Shown: one piece after another, positions 27,672 to 37,751 of the stretch | Layout of the letters: every line of letters starts with the position of its first letter | Numbering within the stretch: position 1 is the stretch's first letter | Source: Phenylobacterium sp. | GTDB lineage: Bacteria > Pseudomonadota > Alphaproteobacteria > Caulobacterales > Caulobacteraceae | Direction: 5' to 3' | DNA length: 64,000 nt | NCBI RefSeq assembly: GCF_965229015.1 | Contig: NZ_CBDDIM010000001.1 | Location: forward strand, 622,198 to 686,197 | Made by a program: the position numbers and the translations under genes | The notes under the pieces: generated by a model | The model's input: only the letters and a program-made list of their open reading frames with translations | What the model was told of the DNA's origin: nothing | Database searches by the model: none

Positions 27672-28845
27672 CCAGAATGGCCCGGGCCGCCGCCGCGCCG
27701 GTGGCGAAACAGGCCTGCAGCAGGTAGCCGCCGGTGGGGGCCTCCCAGTCCAGCATCTCTCCGGCCACATAGACGCCCGGCCGGGCCTTCAGCATCAGAT
27801 TCTCGTCCACCGCGTCGAAGCGCACCCCGCCGGCGGTGGAGATGGCCCGCGCCAACCCTTGGGTCCCGGTCAGCCGGATCGGAACCCGCTTGATGGCGGC
27901 GGCCAGGTCGGCGGGCAGGGCGACGCCGTGGGCCTCCCGTAGGAGGCCGATCTCCAGGGGCGAGAGCTTGGCGGCCTTGCGCAGGAAGGTGGCCGTCGAC
28001 TGCCCGCCCCGGGGCCGGTCCAGCCGGGCGGCGAGCTGCTCGCGGGTCAGGCCGGGCCGCAGGTCGATCTCCACGGTCGCCGACCCCGCCTGGGCGATCG
28101 CCGCGCGCAGGTCGGCCGACAGGGCGTAGACCGCGCCGCCCTCGATCCCGTAGGCCGCCACCACCGCCTCGCCGCGCAGGGTGCGCCGGCCGTGGGACAG
28201 GGCGATGGCCTTCAGCGGCTGGCCCGCGAACCGCTCTCGGAACATCGGACTCCAGTCGACGGTGAAGCCGCCATTGGCCGGCTCGAAGGGCGCCAGGGCC
28301 ACCCCCTCCTCGGCCAGGGTCTGGGCCCAGGCGCCGTCCGAGCCGAGCTTGGCCCAACTCGCGCCCCCCAGCGCCAGGATCGTGACGTCGGGCCGCGCGG
28401 TCTCGCCGCCGGCGAACACCAGCTCGCCGGCCGCGTTCCAGCCGCGCCAGTCCATGCGGGTGCGGAAGGTCACCCCCTGGCGGTCCAGTCGCGCCAGCCA
28501 GGCGCGGAGCAGGGGAGAGGCCTTGAGGGTCCTGGGAAACACTCGGCCGCTGGAGCCCACGAAGGTGGGCTGGCCCAGACCTTCGGCCCAGGCCGTCAGG
28601 TCGGCGGGGGTGAAGGCCTCCAGCCGACGGCGAAGATGCTCGGCCGCCGGGCCGTAGCGGCCGACGAAGGCGCGGAAGTCCTCGGAGTGGGTGAGGTTCA
28701 GGCCGCCGCGACCGGCCATCAGGAACTTGCGCCCCAGGCTCGGCATGCGCTCATAGACGGTGACCGTCCGCCCGGCGCCGCTCAGCACCTCGGCGGCCAT
28801 CAGGCCCGCCGGCCCGCCGCCGATCACCGCTATCGTCTCGTTCAT
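27649..28845 (-). CDS. HI0933/BaiN-like flavoprotein (TIGR03862-like)
   Basis: IGGGPAGLMAAE, GRKFLMAGRGGLNLTH, GSSGRVFP and GEMLDWEAPTGGYLLQAC. Confidence 0.9.
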   Translation of the reverse strand: MNETIAVIGGGPAGLMAAEVLSGAGRTVTVYERMPSLGRKFLMAGRGGLNLTHSEDFRAFVGRYGPAAEHLRRRLEAFTPADLTAWAEGLGQPTFVGSSGRVFPRTLKASPLLRAWLARLDRQGVTFRTRMDWRGWNAAGELVFAGGETARPDVTILALGGASWAKLGSDGAWAQTLAEEGVALAPFEPANGGFTVDWSPMFRERFAGQPLKAIALSHGRRTLRGEAVVAAYGIEGGAVYALSADLRAAIAQAGSATVEIDLRPGLTREQLAARLDRPRGGQSTATFLRKAAKLSPLEIGLLREAHGVALPADLAAAIKRVPIRLTGTQGLARAISTAGGVRFDAVDENLMLKARPGVYVAGEMLDWEAPTGGYLLQACFATGAAAARAILARQPGGE

Positions 28846-28943
28846 GGGCCGTCTTTAGCCGAGGCGGCGGCCGGCGTCGTCAATCTGTCGCCTCAGGGAC
28901 GCCGGAGTGTGCGATGGTGGGAGTCCAACTCAGGGGCCTCGAC

Positions 28944-29081
28944 ATGAAACCGCCAGCCAAGGGCCAGCCCCGCATCTATGCGCCGCCGACCCCCAAGGTC
29001 GCCCGGCTGAAACCCGGCAAGGTGCTGACCGCCGCCGAGAAGGCGGCCTTCCTGGCCTCGCGGCCCGACCTCAAGACCTGA
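28944..29081 (+). CDS. Small basic protein, 45 aa (not in ORF track)
   Basis: MKPPAKGQPRIYAPPTPKVARLKPGKVLTAAEKAAFLASRPDLKT; G/C-ending codons; hairpin downstream. Confidence 0.6.
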   Translation: MKPPAKGQPRIYAPPTPKVARLKPGKVLTAAEKAAFLASRPDLKT

Positions 29082-29097
29082 CCCTCGCGCGGCCACA

Positions 29098-29273
29098 GCC
29101 GGAGAGTCCCCGGGGGACATGGAACGGGGACTCTCCGGCCTTGGCGACTGGAGGTTGGGGCTCGTCGCCAATCGGGGAACGAGCCAAGGCCAAGCTTTGT
29201 TCCAATCGAAGATGAACAGGCGGCGCCGGACCCCGTTCAGCGCGGGTTCAAGCCGGGGGCGGCATTGTTCATC
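29098..29273 (-). ncRNA. Multi-hairpin intergenic element, possible sRNA
   Basis: Stems 29098-29112/29125-29139 (15 bp), 29141-29148/29164-29171 and 29211-29218/29266-29273; loops are C-rich on the minus strand. Confidence 0.3.
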
Positions 29274-29364
29274 CCAAGGCCGGACGTCATTTCCCGTCCC
29301 TCAACGCGACGACCGGTCCCCGGCGCGCCAGACCCCCTCCCGGGCTTGGCGCGCCGTTCTGCTT

Positions 29365-30048
29365 TCAGCGGGGCTTGATCTCCAGCGGGCCGGGCATCAC
29401 CGCATTGTAGGTGGGCGCGTGGCCCAGGCGGTGGACGGCGTCGCGGTGGCCCTCCCAGATCATGTGCAGGGCGACGTAGAGCACGATCAGCAGGCCCAGA
29501 TATCCGATCCAGCGGTGGCGGTGCAGCAGGCCGGCGATCCAGTTGGCGGCCACCCCCATCAGGGCGATGGAGAAGATCAGGCCGAAGACCAGCACCATCG
29601 GGTGCTCCCGGGCCGCGCCGGCCACCGCCAGGACGTTGTCCAGGCTCATGGAGAGGTCGGCGGCGAGGATCTGCAGGAAGGCGGCCCGGAAGCTCTTGGC
29701 GGGCTTGACCGGCGCGTGCTCGGCCAGGGCGTCGGCCTGGGCGTGGGTGGCCTGCTCGCGCAGCTCGCGCCACATCTTCCAGCAGACCCAGAGCAGCAGC
29801 AGGCCGCCCCCCAGCATCAGGCCGATGATCCCCAGCAGCTGGGTGGTGATCAGGGCGAAGCCGATCCGCATGACCACGGCGGCGGCCAGGCCCCAGAGGA
29901 TCACCTTGCGGCGTTGTTCGGCCGGCAGGCCCCCGGCCGCCAAGCCCACGGCCACGGCGTTGTCGCCGGCCAGGACCAGGTCGATGAGCATCACCTGCAG
30001 AAAGGCGACGAAGGCCCCCCAGACGCCAACCTCCAGCAGATCACCCAT
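29365..30048 (-). CDS. TerC family membrane protein (YjbE-like)
   Basis: IDLVLAGDNAVAVGLAA and ADLSMSLDNVLAVAG. Confidence 0.92.
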   Translation of the reverse strand: MGDLLEVGVWGAFVAFLQVMLIDLVLAGDNAVAVGLAAGGLPAEQRRKVILWGLAAAVVMRIGFALITTQLLGIIGLMLGGGLLLLWVCWKMWRELREQATHAQADALAEHAPVKPAKSFRAAFLQILAADLSMSLDNVLAVAGAAREHPMVLVFGLIFSIALMGVAANWIAGLLHRHRWIGYLGLLIVLYVALHMIWEGHRDAVHRLGHAPTYNAVMPGPLEIKPR

Positions 30049-30050
30049 GG

Positions 30051-30803
30051 CTAGCGCTTCTTCTGCGCGGCGTGGGCCGCGACCTCGTCGGGAGTGATGT
30101 CCAGGGCGCCGGGCATGGCGGCGTTATAGGCCTCCACCTTGCCCAGATCGATCAGGACGCTGCGGTGGCCCTCCCAGATCATGTGCAGGGCGACATAGAG
30201 GACGATGGCCAGGCCCAGATAGCCCAGCCAGCGGAAGCGGTGCAGCAGCTTGGCGATCCAGCTGGCCGCCACCCCCATCAAGGTGATGGAGATCATCAGG
30301 CCGGCGATCAGCACCTTGGGGTGTTCGCGCGCCGCCCCGGCGACGGCCAGGACATTGTCCAGGCTCATGGTCAGGTCGGCGATGAGGATCTGCAGCAGGG
30401 CCGCGCCCAGGGTCTTGGCCTTGGCGGCATGCTTGGGATGGGCGCCGATGGCGACCCCGGTGGCCTCTTCCAGGGCGAACTCGCCCTCGGCCGAGGCCTC
30501 GCGGCCTTGCTCGGCCAGCTCGTGCCACATCTTCCAGCAGACCCAGAGCAGCAGGAAGCCGCCGGCCAGCAGCAGGCCCACCACGTTCAGCAGCTGGACG
30601 GTGATCAGGGCGAACCCGATCAGCATCACCACCGCGCCGGCCAGACCCAGGATGATGGCCTTGCGGCGCTGCTTTTCCGGCAGGCCGGCGGCCGACAGGC
30701 CCACGGCGACGGCGTTGTCGCCGGCCAGCGCCAGATCGATCATCACGACTTGGAAGAAGGCGGCGACCGCGCCGGCGGCGGGCAAGTGCAGAGCAAGGGA
30801 CAT
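30051..30803 (-). CDS. TerC family membrane protein (YjbE-like), paralog
   Basis: IDLALAGDNAVAVGLSA and ADLTMSLDNVLAVAG. Confidence 0.92.
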   Translation of the reverse strand: MSLALHLPAAGAVAAFFQVVMIDLALAGDNAVAVGLSAAGLPEKQRRKAIILGLAGAVVMLIGFALITVQLLNVVGLLLAGGFLLLWVCWKMWHELAEQGREASAEGEFALEEATGVAIGAHPKHAAKAKTLGAALLQILIADLTMSLDNVLAVAGAAREHPKVLIAGLMISITLMGVAASWIAKLLHRFRWLGYLGLAIVLYVALHMIWEGHRSVLIDLGKVEAYNAAMPGALDITPDEVAAHAAQKKR

Positions 30804-30876
30804 GGTCCCTCAATGCGGCGCCGCGCCTGACAGGGCAAGCCGCATCCCTCCCTACGCGGGGGAGGGATTTTACGGT

Positions 30877-32550
30877 CTAGTGCGCGTGTTCGGGCTCTTT
30901 GTGGTGGGCGTCATGGCCATGGTCGTCGTGCGCGGCGTGACCATGGTCGTCATGGGCCGCATGGCCGTGATCATCATGCGCCGCCGCATGGCCATGGTCG
31001 TCATGGGCGGCATGGGCGTCGCCGTGACCATGGTCGTCATGGGCCGCATGGCCATGATCGTCGTGCGCGGCGGCGTGGCCGTGATCGTCATGCGCCGCGT
31101 GGGCGTCGTGGCCATGGTCGCCGTGGGTGTCGCCATGCCCCTCGTCATGATGGTGCGAGGCGATGGCCCCGGCCACCGCGGCGCCGGCCGCGGCCGCCGC
31201 CAGGGGCGCGGCCAGGCCGCCATGATGCTCTTCCGGCTCGACGTGGGAGGTCCCGGTGTCGGTCATGGTGCGGAACTTGCGGCGACGCTCGGCGCGGCGA
31301 CGGTTCTCCGAGGCGCCGCGGGCCAGCGCGATCAGCAGGGCCAGAGCCGCCAGAACCAGGGCGCCGGCGACGACCTTGTTGGAGGGCACGCGGCCGACGC
31401 CGGGCACGGCGACGTCCTTCATCCCCGGGATGGTCAGCTTGCTGAGCAGGCCGGAGAGGTCGAAGCCCTTCTTCTTGGCGGGGGCCTCCGGCATCAGCGC
31501 GGCCAGGGCCTGTTCGATGCTGGCCAGGGAGAAGCTCATCGGCGGCTTGATCCCGGTGAGGCGGGCGTCGACGTCGGCCTTCAGGGGGCCACGCTCCCCG
31601 GCGCCCGGCTTGACCTGCCAGTTGAAGGCGGCGGCTTCGCCGGTCTTCAGCTTGGCGGTCTGCGGACCGTTGGGGGTGATTTCGTAGCCGGTTCCCGAGA
31701 GGGTGGCGGTGACCTCGGCCTTCTTGGCGGCCTTGGTCAGGCCGAGCTTGGCCGCCTCGCGCTGGATCGTCGCCAGCAGGGTCTGGGGCAGGGACAGGGA
31801 CACCTGGCCGGCCTGGCCCTTGGTGACGGCCTCGGGAACGGTGAGCTTGGAGCCGGAGGCCACCTCGCCGCCGACGGCGGTCTGCAGCTTGGCGAGCTTG
31901 GGATCGGCGGGGACCGCCAGGCCGGTGGCCGGGAAGCTGGGCTGGGGCGCCTTGGCCAGGACGGGGACGGGCTTCGGCGCGGGCGCCGGCTTGGCCTGCT
32001 CCACGACCTTGGGCGCGGCGGCGACCACGGGCTTGGCGGCGATGACGGGCTTGGCGACGGGCGCGGGCCGGGCGGCCGCGACCGCCGGCTTGGCGGCGAC
32101 CGCCGGGCGCGGCTTGGCCGGGGCGTAATAGGCCTGGGCGACCTCCGCATGGCGGGCGCGGGTTCCGGAGCTCACATGGGCCCGGGGCGCGTAGCGGCCG
32201 CCATAGACCAGGCGGCGCTCGCGGGCCGACATGTCCTCGGGGTTGGGCACCGGCCGCATGGCCGTGACCAGGACGCCGTCGGCGCGGCGGTAGGTGACCA
32301 GGCGGTCGGCGTAGCGCGAAGCCGGCCGCGAGGCCGGGGCGATCTGCCGAGCGCCGCCGGGTCCGCCCATCAGGCCGGTGTCATCGGCGGCGCCGGGCGC
32401 GGCGCCCATCAGCTCGGGCGGCGGGGCCTGGGTGTAGGCGTCCGGGGGAGGGGCGACCTCGTGGGAGGTGGGGCCGCTGCAGCCAGCGACGGTTAACAGC
32501 ACGGTCGCGGCTGCGCCGCGCAACATCCACTTGGTCAACATATTCGCCAT
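30877..32550 (-). CDS. Predicted lipoprotein with Pro/Ala/Lys linker, beta-rich domain, TM helix and His/Asp repeat tail
   Basis: Lipobox VAG-C; TM segment VVAGALVLAALALLIALARGA; seven copies of HDDHGH at the C-terminus. Confidence 0.8.
   Translation of the reverse strand: MANMLTKWMLRGAAATVLLTVAGCSGPTSHEVAPPPDAYTQAPPPELMGAAPGAADDTGLMGGPGGARQIAPASRPASRYADRLVTYRRADGVLVTAMRPVPNPEDMSARERRLVYGGRYAPRAHVSSGTRARHAEVAQAYYAPAKPRPAVAAKPAVAAARPAPVAKPVIAAKPVVAAAPKVVEQAKPAPAPKPVPVLAKAPQPSFPATGLAVPADPKLAKLQTAVGGEVASGSKLTVPEAVTKGQAGQVSLSLPQTLLATIQREAAKLGLTKAAKKAEVTATLSGTGYEITPNGPQTAKLKTGEAAAFNWQVKPGAGERGPLKADVDARLTGIKPPMSFSLASIEQALAALMPEAPAKKKGFDLSGLLSKLTIPGMKDVAVPGVGRVPSNKVVAGALVLAALALLIALARGASENRRRAERRRKFRTMTDTGTSHVEPEEHHGGLAAPLAAAAAGAAVAGAIASHHHDEGHGDTHGDHGHDAHAAHDDHGHAAAHDDHGHAAHDDHGHGDAHAAHDDHGHAAAHDDHGHAAHDDHGHAAHDDHGHDAHHKEPEHAH
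30880..31155 (-). repeat. Coding tandem repeats (HDDHGH x7)
   Basis: 24-36 bp degenerate in-frame units within the lipoprotein ORF. Confidence 0.85.
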
Positions 32551-32676
32551 TGGGGCCCCCATCCCATGTCGAGATCCGAGCCGCACACTGGCCCTAAACC
32601 TTAACAGTCACGCAACAGATCACGCTCTGGGCCGGAAATCAAAAGGGGGAATCGCGTGGCGGGTATTCAATTCCCC

Positions 32677-33474
32677 TCAAGCGCGAGTGCGGGAAGCCTC
32701 GTAAAGCGCCACCGCGGCGGCGGCCGAGACATTCAGGCTCTCGAAACCGCCCGGCATGGGGATCTTTCCGAGGGCGTCGCAGTGTTCGGCCACCAGCCGG
32801 CGGATGCCTTCGCCCTCCGATCCCAGCACCAGGACGGTGGGGGTTCCGTCCAGCGCCTGCTCCAGGGACTGGTCGGCGGTCCCGTCCAGGCCCACGGCCC
32901 GCCAGCCGAGGTCGGCCAGGGTCTCCAGGGCCCGCGACAGGTTCACCACGTGGGCGGTGGGGATCTGGTCCACGGCGCCGGCGGCGGCCTTGGCGAGCGC
33001 CCCGGTCAGCTTCGGCGCGTGGCGGTCCTGCAGGATGACTCCCGCCGCCCCGAAGGCTGCGGCCGAGCGCAGGATGGCGCCGACGTTCTGCGGGTCGGTG
33101 ACCTGGTCGAGCATCAGCACCACCGCGCCCGGCCTGGCCTCGAATTCCTCCAGGGCCACCGGCTCCAGCAGGGCGACCTGCAGGGCCAGGCCCTGGTGGA
33201 CCGCGCCGCTGGGCAGGTTGTGGCTGATGACGCCGGGCTCGACGATCTCCAGCGCCGGGTTGCGTCCGAATCGCGCCGTGAGCTCCTTGGCGCGGTCGGC
33301 GGTGGCCAGCAGGCGGTCGGCCGGTTCGCGGGCTGGATTGGCCAGGGCGGCGCTCACGGCGTGCCAACCCCAGAGCCAGTCGTCGGAAACCGCGTCCCGC
33401 CGTCCGGAATGCCTTCCGTGGGGCCCCTTCTTAGAACCCTTCCAGGGCGCGTTGCGTTCGCTGTGTGACGACAC
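32677..33474 (-). CDS. rlmB: 23S rRNA 2'-O-methyltransferase (TrmH/SpoU family)
   Basis: HQGLAL, DQVTDPQNVGAILRSA, LGSEGEG and ESLNVS. Start uncertain (GTG 33474 or TTG 33486). Confidence 0.9.
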   Translation of the reverse strand: MSSHSERNAPWKGSKKGPHGRHSGRRDAVSDDWLWGWHAVSAALANPAREPADRLLATADRAKELTARFGRNPALEIVEPGVISHNLPSGAVHQGLALQVALLEPVALEEFEARPGAVVLMLDQVTDPQNVGAILRSAAAFGAAGVILQDRHAPKLTGALAKAAAGAVDQIPTAHVVNLSRALETLADLGWRAVGLDGTADQSLEQALDGTPTVLVLGSEGEGIRRLVAEHCDALGKIPMPGGFESLNVSAAAAVALYEASRTRA

Positions 33475-33597
33475 TATAAGGCGCACTCCAAATCGGGAAC
33501 CGGACAGATTTCCCGCCGCTCGCGACCGGCTTTAGCACCGGACGCACCGATCGGCGGAGGCTTTTTGTTCGGACCTCGGTGTGGCTCCGAGCGCGCT

Positions 33598-33683
33598 GGG
33601 GGAATGTCCCGAGTGGCAAAGGGGGGGGACTGTAAATCCCCTGGCGTACGCCTTCGTAGGTTCGAGTCCTACTTCCCCCACCA
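33598..33683 (+). tRNA. tRNA-Tyr(GTA)
   Basis: GGGGGAA/TTCCCCC acceptor stem, CTGTAAA anticodon loop, long variable arm, CCA. Confidence 0.96.
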
Positions 33684-33732
33684 CGCGCCGGAGCGAAACT
33701 CTATGGAGGCTCGCACACGAGCACCCACCTCG

Positions 33733-33806
33733 GCGGGTATAGCACAATGGTAGTGCAGCAGCCTTCCAAGCTGAATACGCGGGTTCGATTCCCGCTACCC
33801 GCTCCA
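33733..33806 (+). tRNA. tRNA-Gly(TCC)
   Basis: GCGGGTA/TACCCGC acceptor stem, CTTCCAA anticodon loop, CCA. Confidence 0.96.
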
Positions 33807-33830
33807 TCTCTCAAACGCCCGTAGGATCCC

Positions 33831-35021
<1,191 letters not shown>

Positions 35022-35060
35022 GCACCACCCGCTCCCTCTTGGGGGCAGGAAGACAAGATC

Positions 35061-35092
35061 AGGCCTCCGGAGCGATCCGGAGGCCTTTTTTT
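35061..35092 (+). terminator. Rho-independent terminator after tuf
   Basis: AGGCCTCCGGA-GCGA-TCCGGAGGCCT followed by a T run. Confidence 0.85.
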
Positions 35093-35099
35093 CTGCGCG

Positions 35100-35273
35100 T
35101 CAGGCGGGCTTCGGCGCGCCGGGCTCGGGCTCGCCGGTGGAGGGATTGGTCAGGGTCTTGGCGTTGCGGCTCGAATCCTTGCCCCCGGCGGGCTCGGTGG
35201 CCGGGCGGGGCGGGGAGGCCGGCTTCATGTCCTCGTCGCGGGTCTTGGCGGCGTTGGGGTCGCGGTCTGGCAT
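35100..35273 (-). CDS. Small disordered protein, 57 aa (not in ORF track)
   Basis: MPDRDPNAAKTRDEDMKPASPPRPATEPAGGKDSSRNAKTLTNPSTGEPEPGAPKPA; AGGA RBS; strong GC3 bias. Confidence 0.65.
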   Translation of the reverse strand: MPDRDPNAAKTRDEDMKPASPPRPATEPAGGKDSSRNAKTLTNPSTGEPEPGAPKPA

Positions 35274-35344
35274 GGGATTTCCTGATCTGGCGGGACCCCG
35301 GACAAACGCAGGCGCCGGCCGGTTCGATCCGCGCGCCGCGACTA

Positions 35345-35373
35345 TTGCTTGGGGGGGCGGCCACTGCTAAACG
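35345..35373 (+). promoter_or_regulatory. Sigma70-type promoter for tRNA-Trp/secE/nusG
   Basis: TTGCTT-N17-TAAACG. Confidence 0.5.
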
Positions 35374-35461
35374 ACCCGGCTCTAGCGATGAGCGCGCGCC
35401 GGAAGGCTTTCCGGCGCGCTGTTCATTGTTCAGAGGCCGCGTCCGCAAGGGCGAGGGTCGT

Positions 35462-35537
35462 AGGAGTGTAGCTCAGCTGGTAGAGCATCGGTCTCCAAAA
35501 CCGAGGGTCGTGGGTTCGAGTCCCTCCACTCCTGCCA
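35462..35537 (+). tRNA. tRNA-Trp(CCA)
   Basis: AGGAGTG/CACTCCT acceptor stem, CTCCAAA anticodon loop, CCA; 76 nt. Confidence 0.96.
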
Positions 35538-35605
35538 ACCTATATGTACGTAGACCAGGGCGCGGAGGTCCGCCGCCCGCCTATAAGAGAGTGTCGAGCG
35601 CCTAG

Positions 35606-35911
35606 ATGGCCAGGAAACCGGGTTCCACGCCGCAAGCGATGAAGAACCGCGCCGCCAAGACGGCCGCGGTGATCGCGCCTGCATCGGCCCTGGCGCAGGC
35701 CGCGCCGAAGAAGAAGACCAGCCCCGCCCAGTTCTTCCGGGAAGTCCGCGCCGAGGCGCGCAAGATCACCTGGACGACCCGCAAGGAGACCTGGATCACC
35801 TCGGTGATGGTGGGGATCATGGTGGTGCTGGCCGCGACCTTCTTCTCCCTGGTGGATGGGGCCCTGACCCTCGCCATGGCCTTCCTCCTCAAGCTCGCGA
35901 ATGCGGGATAG
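35606..35911 (+). CDS. secE: Preprotein translocase subunit SecE
   Basis: QFFREVRAEARKITWTTRKET plus a TM helix; lies between tRNA-Trp and nusG. Confidence 0.93.
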   Translation: MARKPGSTPQAMKNRAAKTAAVIAPASALAQAAPKKKTSPAQFFREVRAEARKITWTTRKETWITSVMVGIMVVLAATFFSLVDGALTLAMAFLLKLANAG

Positions 35912-35916
35912 TCGAA

Positions 35917-36486
35917 ATGAACGCTGAAGCTCCCGCCACCGTCGCCGCCAATCCCCGCCACAAGTGGTACATCGTCCACGCCTACTCGAACTTCGAGAAG
36001 AAGGTGGCCGAGTCGATCCGCGAACAGGCCCGCAGCCAGGGTCTGGAGGACAACTTCTCCGACATCCTGGTGCCCACCGAGGACGTGGTGGAGATCCGCC
36101 GCGGCCGGAAGGTCAACGCCGAGCGCAAGTTCTTCCCGGGCTACGTCCTGGTGAAGATGGAGCTCACCGACGAGGCCTACCACCTCATCAAGAACACCCC
36201 GAAGGTCACCGGTTTCCTGGGCAGCCAGAACAAGCCGCAGCCGGTCTCGGAAAAGGAAGTCGCCCGCATCATCGGCGCCATCGAAGAAGGCGTCGAGCGG
36301 CCCAAGCCCACGATCCAGTTCGAGATCGGGGAACAGGTCCGCGTCACCGATGGTCCGTTCGCCAGCTTCAACGGCTCGGTGGAACAGGTCGACGAGGAAC
36401 GCGCCCGCCTGCGCGTGACGGTGTCCATCTTCGGACGCGCCACGCCGGTCGAGCTCGAATACAGCCAGGTCGAAAAGACGACCTGA
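35917..36486 (+). CDS. nusG: Transcription termination/antitermination factor NusG
   Basis: WYIVHAYSNFE, RKFFPGYVLV and a KOW domain. Confidence 0.98.
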   Translation: MNAEAPATVAANPRHKWYIVHAYSNFEKKVAESIREQARSQGLEDNFSDILVPTEDVVEIRRGRKVNAERKFFPGYVLVKMELTDEAYHLIKNTPKVTGFLGSQNKPQPVSEKEVARIIGAIEEGVERPKPTIQFEIGEQVRVTDGPFASFNGSVEQVDEERARLRVTVSIFGRATPVELEYSQVEKTT

Positions 36487-36531
36487 CTGGCGCCGCCTTT
36501 CTCCGCATCCGCGGGGAGGGGCTTTTAAATC

Positions 36532-36561
36532 CGTGGGAGGCCCAGCCAGGGCCGGACCACG
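36532..36561 (+). promoter_or_regulatory. Probable L1-binding (rplK leader) RNA structure
   Basis: CGTGG-GAG-GCCC-AGCCA-GGGC-CGGA-CCACG: a helix-bulge-helix carrying GGGAG, just upstream of rplK. Confidence 0.5.
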
Positions 36562-36597
36562 GCTCAACAGACCGGACGTCCGGTCACAGAGGAGAAC

Positions 36598-37029
36598 ATG
36601 GCCAAGAAAATTCTGGGCTATATCAAGCTGCAGGTGCCCGCGGGCTCCGCGACGCCTTCGCCGCCCATCGGGCCGGCGCTGGGTCAGCGCGGCGTCAACA
36701 TCATGGGCTTCTGCAAGGAGTTCAACGCCCGCACCGAGAAGGAAACCAAGGGCACACCCCTGCCGACGGTGATCACCGTCTACCAGGACAAGTCCTTCAC
36801 CTTCATCACCAAGACCCCGCCGGCGACCCACTTCATCAAGGAAGCGCTTGGCCTGAAGTCCGGCTCCAAGCTGCCCGGCCGCGACGTGGCCGGCTCGATC
36901 TCGCGCACCCAGCTGCGCGACATCGCCGAGAAGAAGATGAAGGACCTCAACGCCAACGACGTTGAAGCCGCCGCCAAGATCATCGAGGGCTCCGCCCGTT
37001 CGATGGGTCTTGAGATCGTGGAGGCCTAA
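36598..37029 (+). CDS. rplK: 50S ribosomal protein L11
   Basis: [27 protein letters not shown]. Confidence 0.99.
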   Translation: MAKKILGYIKLQVPAGSATPSPPIGPALGQRGVNIMGFCKEFNARTEKETKGTPLPTVITVYQDKSFTFITKTPPATHFIKEALGLKSGSKLPGRDVAGSISRTQLRDIAEKKMKDLNANDVEAAAKIIEGSARSMGLEIVEA

Positions 37030-37032
37030 GAG

Positions 37033-37722
37033 ATGCCCAAGCAAGCCAAACGCGTCCAAGCCTGGACCGGTGACCGCCTCGCCAACCACGCCGTCGCCGA
37101 CGCCGTGAAACTGGTCAAGGCCAACGCCACCGCCAAGTTCGACGAAAGCATCGAGATCGCCGTCAACCTCGGCGTCGATCCCCGCCACGCCGACCAGCAG
37201 GTCCGTGGCGTCGTCAGCCTGCCCTCCGGGACCGGCCGCGACGTCCGCGTCTGCGTCATCGCCAAGGACGCCAAGGCCGCCGAAGCCGAAGCCGCCGGGG
37301 CCGACATCGTCGGCGCCGAAGAGCTGGTGGAACGCATCCAGGGCGGCTTCATGGAGTTCGACCGCGTGATCGCCACGCCGGACATGATGGCCCTCGTCGG
37401 CCGTCTGGGTAAGGTGCTGGGCCCCCGCGGCCTGATGCCGAACCCGCGCGTCGGCACGGTGACCCCCAACGTCGGTCAGGCCGTGAAGGACGCCAAGGGC
37501 GGCGCCATCGAGTTCCGCACCGAGAAGACCGGGATCATCCACGCCGGCATCGGCAAGGCGAGCTTCACCGAAGACGCCCTGCTGGCCAACGTGCGCGCCC
37601 TGGTCGACGCCCTGAACAAGGCCAAGCCCTCGGGCGCCAAGGGCATCTACATCAAGCGCATCAGCCTCTCGTCCACCATGGGCCCGGGCTTCCGCGTCGA
37701 CACCACTTCGGTCGGCGTCTGA
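37033..37722 (+). CDS. rplA: 50S ribosomal protein L1
   Basis: [26 protein letters not shown] and [13 protein letters not shown]. Confidence 0.99.
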   Translation: MPKQAKRVQAWTGDRLANHAVADAVKLVKANATAKFDESIEIAVNLGVDPRHADQQVRGVVSLPSGTGRDVRVCVIAKDAKAAEAEAAGADIVGAEELVERIQGGFMEFDRVIATPDMMALVGRLGKVLGPRGLMPNPRVGTVTPNVGQAVKDAKGGAIEFRTEKTGIIHAGIGKASFTEDALLANVRALVDALNKAKPSGAKGIYIKRISLSSTMGPGFRVDTTSVGV

Positions 37723-37751
37723 AGCTCGGATCGAGCTGAAGTCGGATATGG

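Noticed and set aside
30804-30876. yybP-ykoY riboswitch upstream of the TerC genes
   Set aside because: Only 73 bp with a single CCCTCCC/GGGAGGG hairpin; the conserved riboswitch elements are not visible. A cmsearch is needed to be certain.
30880-31155. Repeats as a possible CRISPR array (also 54690-54900)
   Set aside because: The units are in-frame, degenerate coding repeats with no unique spacers, and no cas genes are present.
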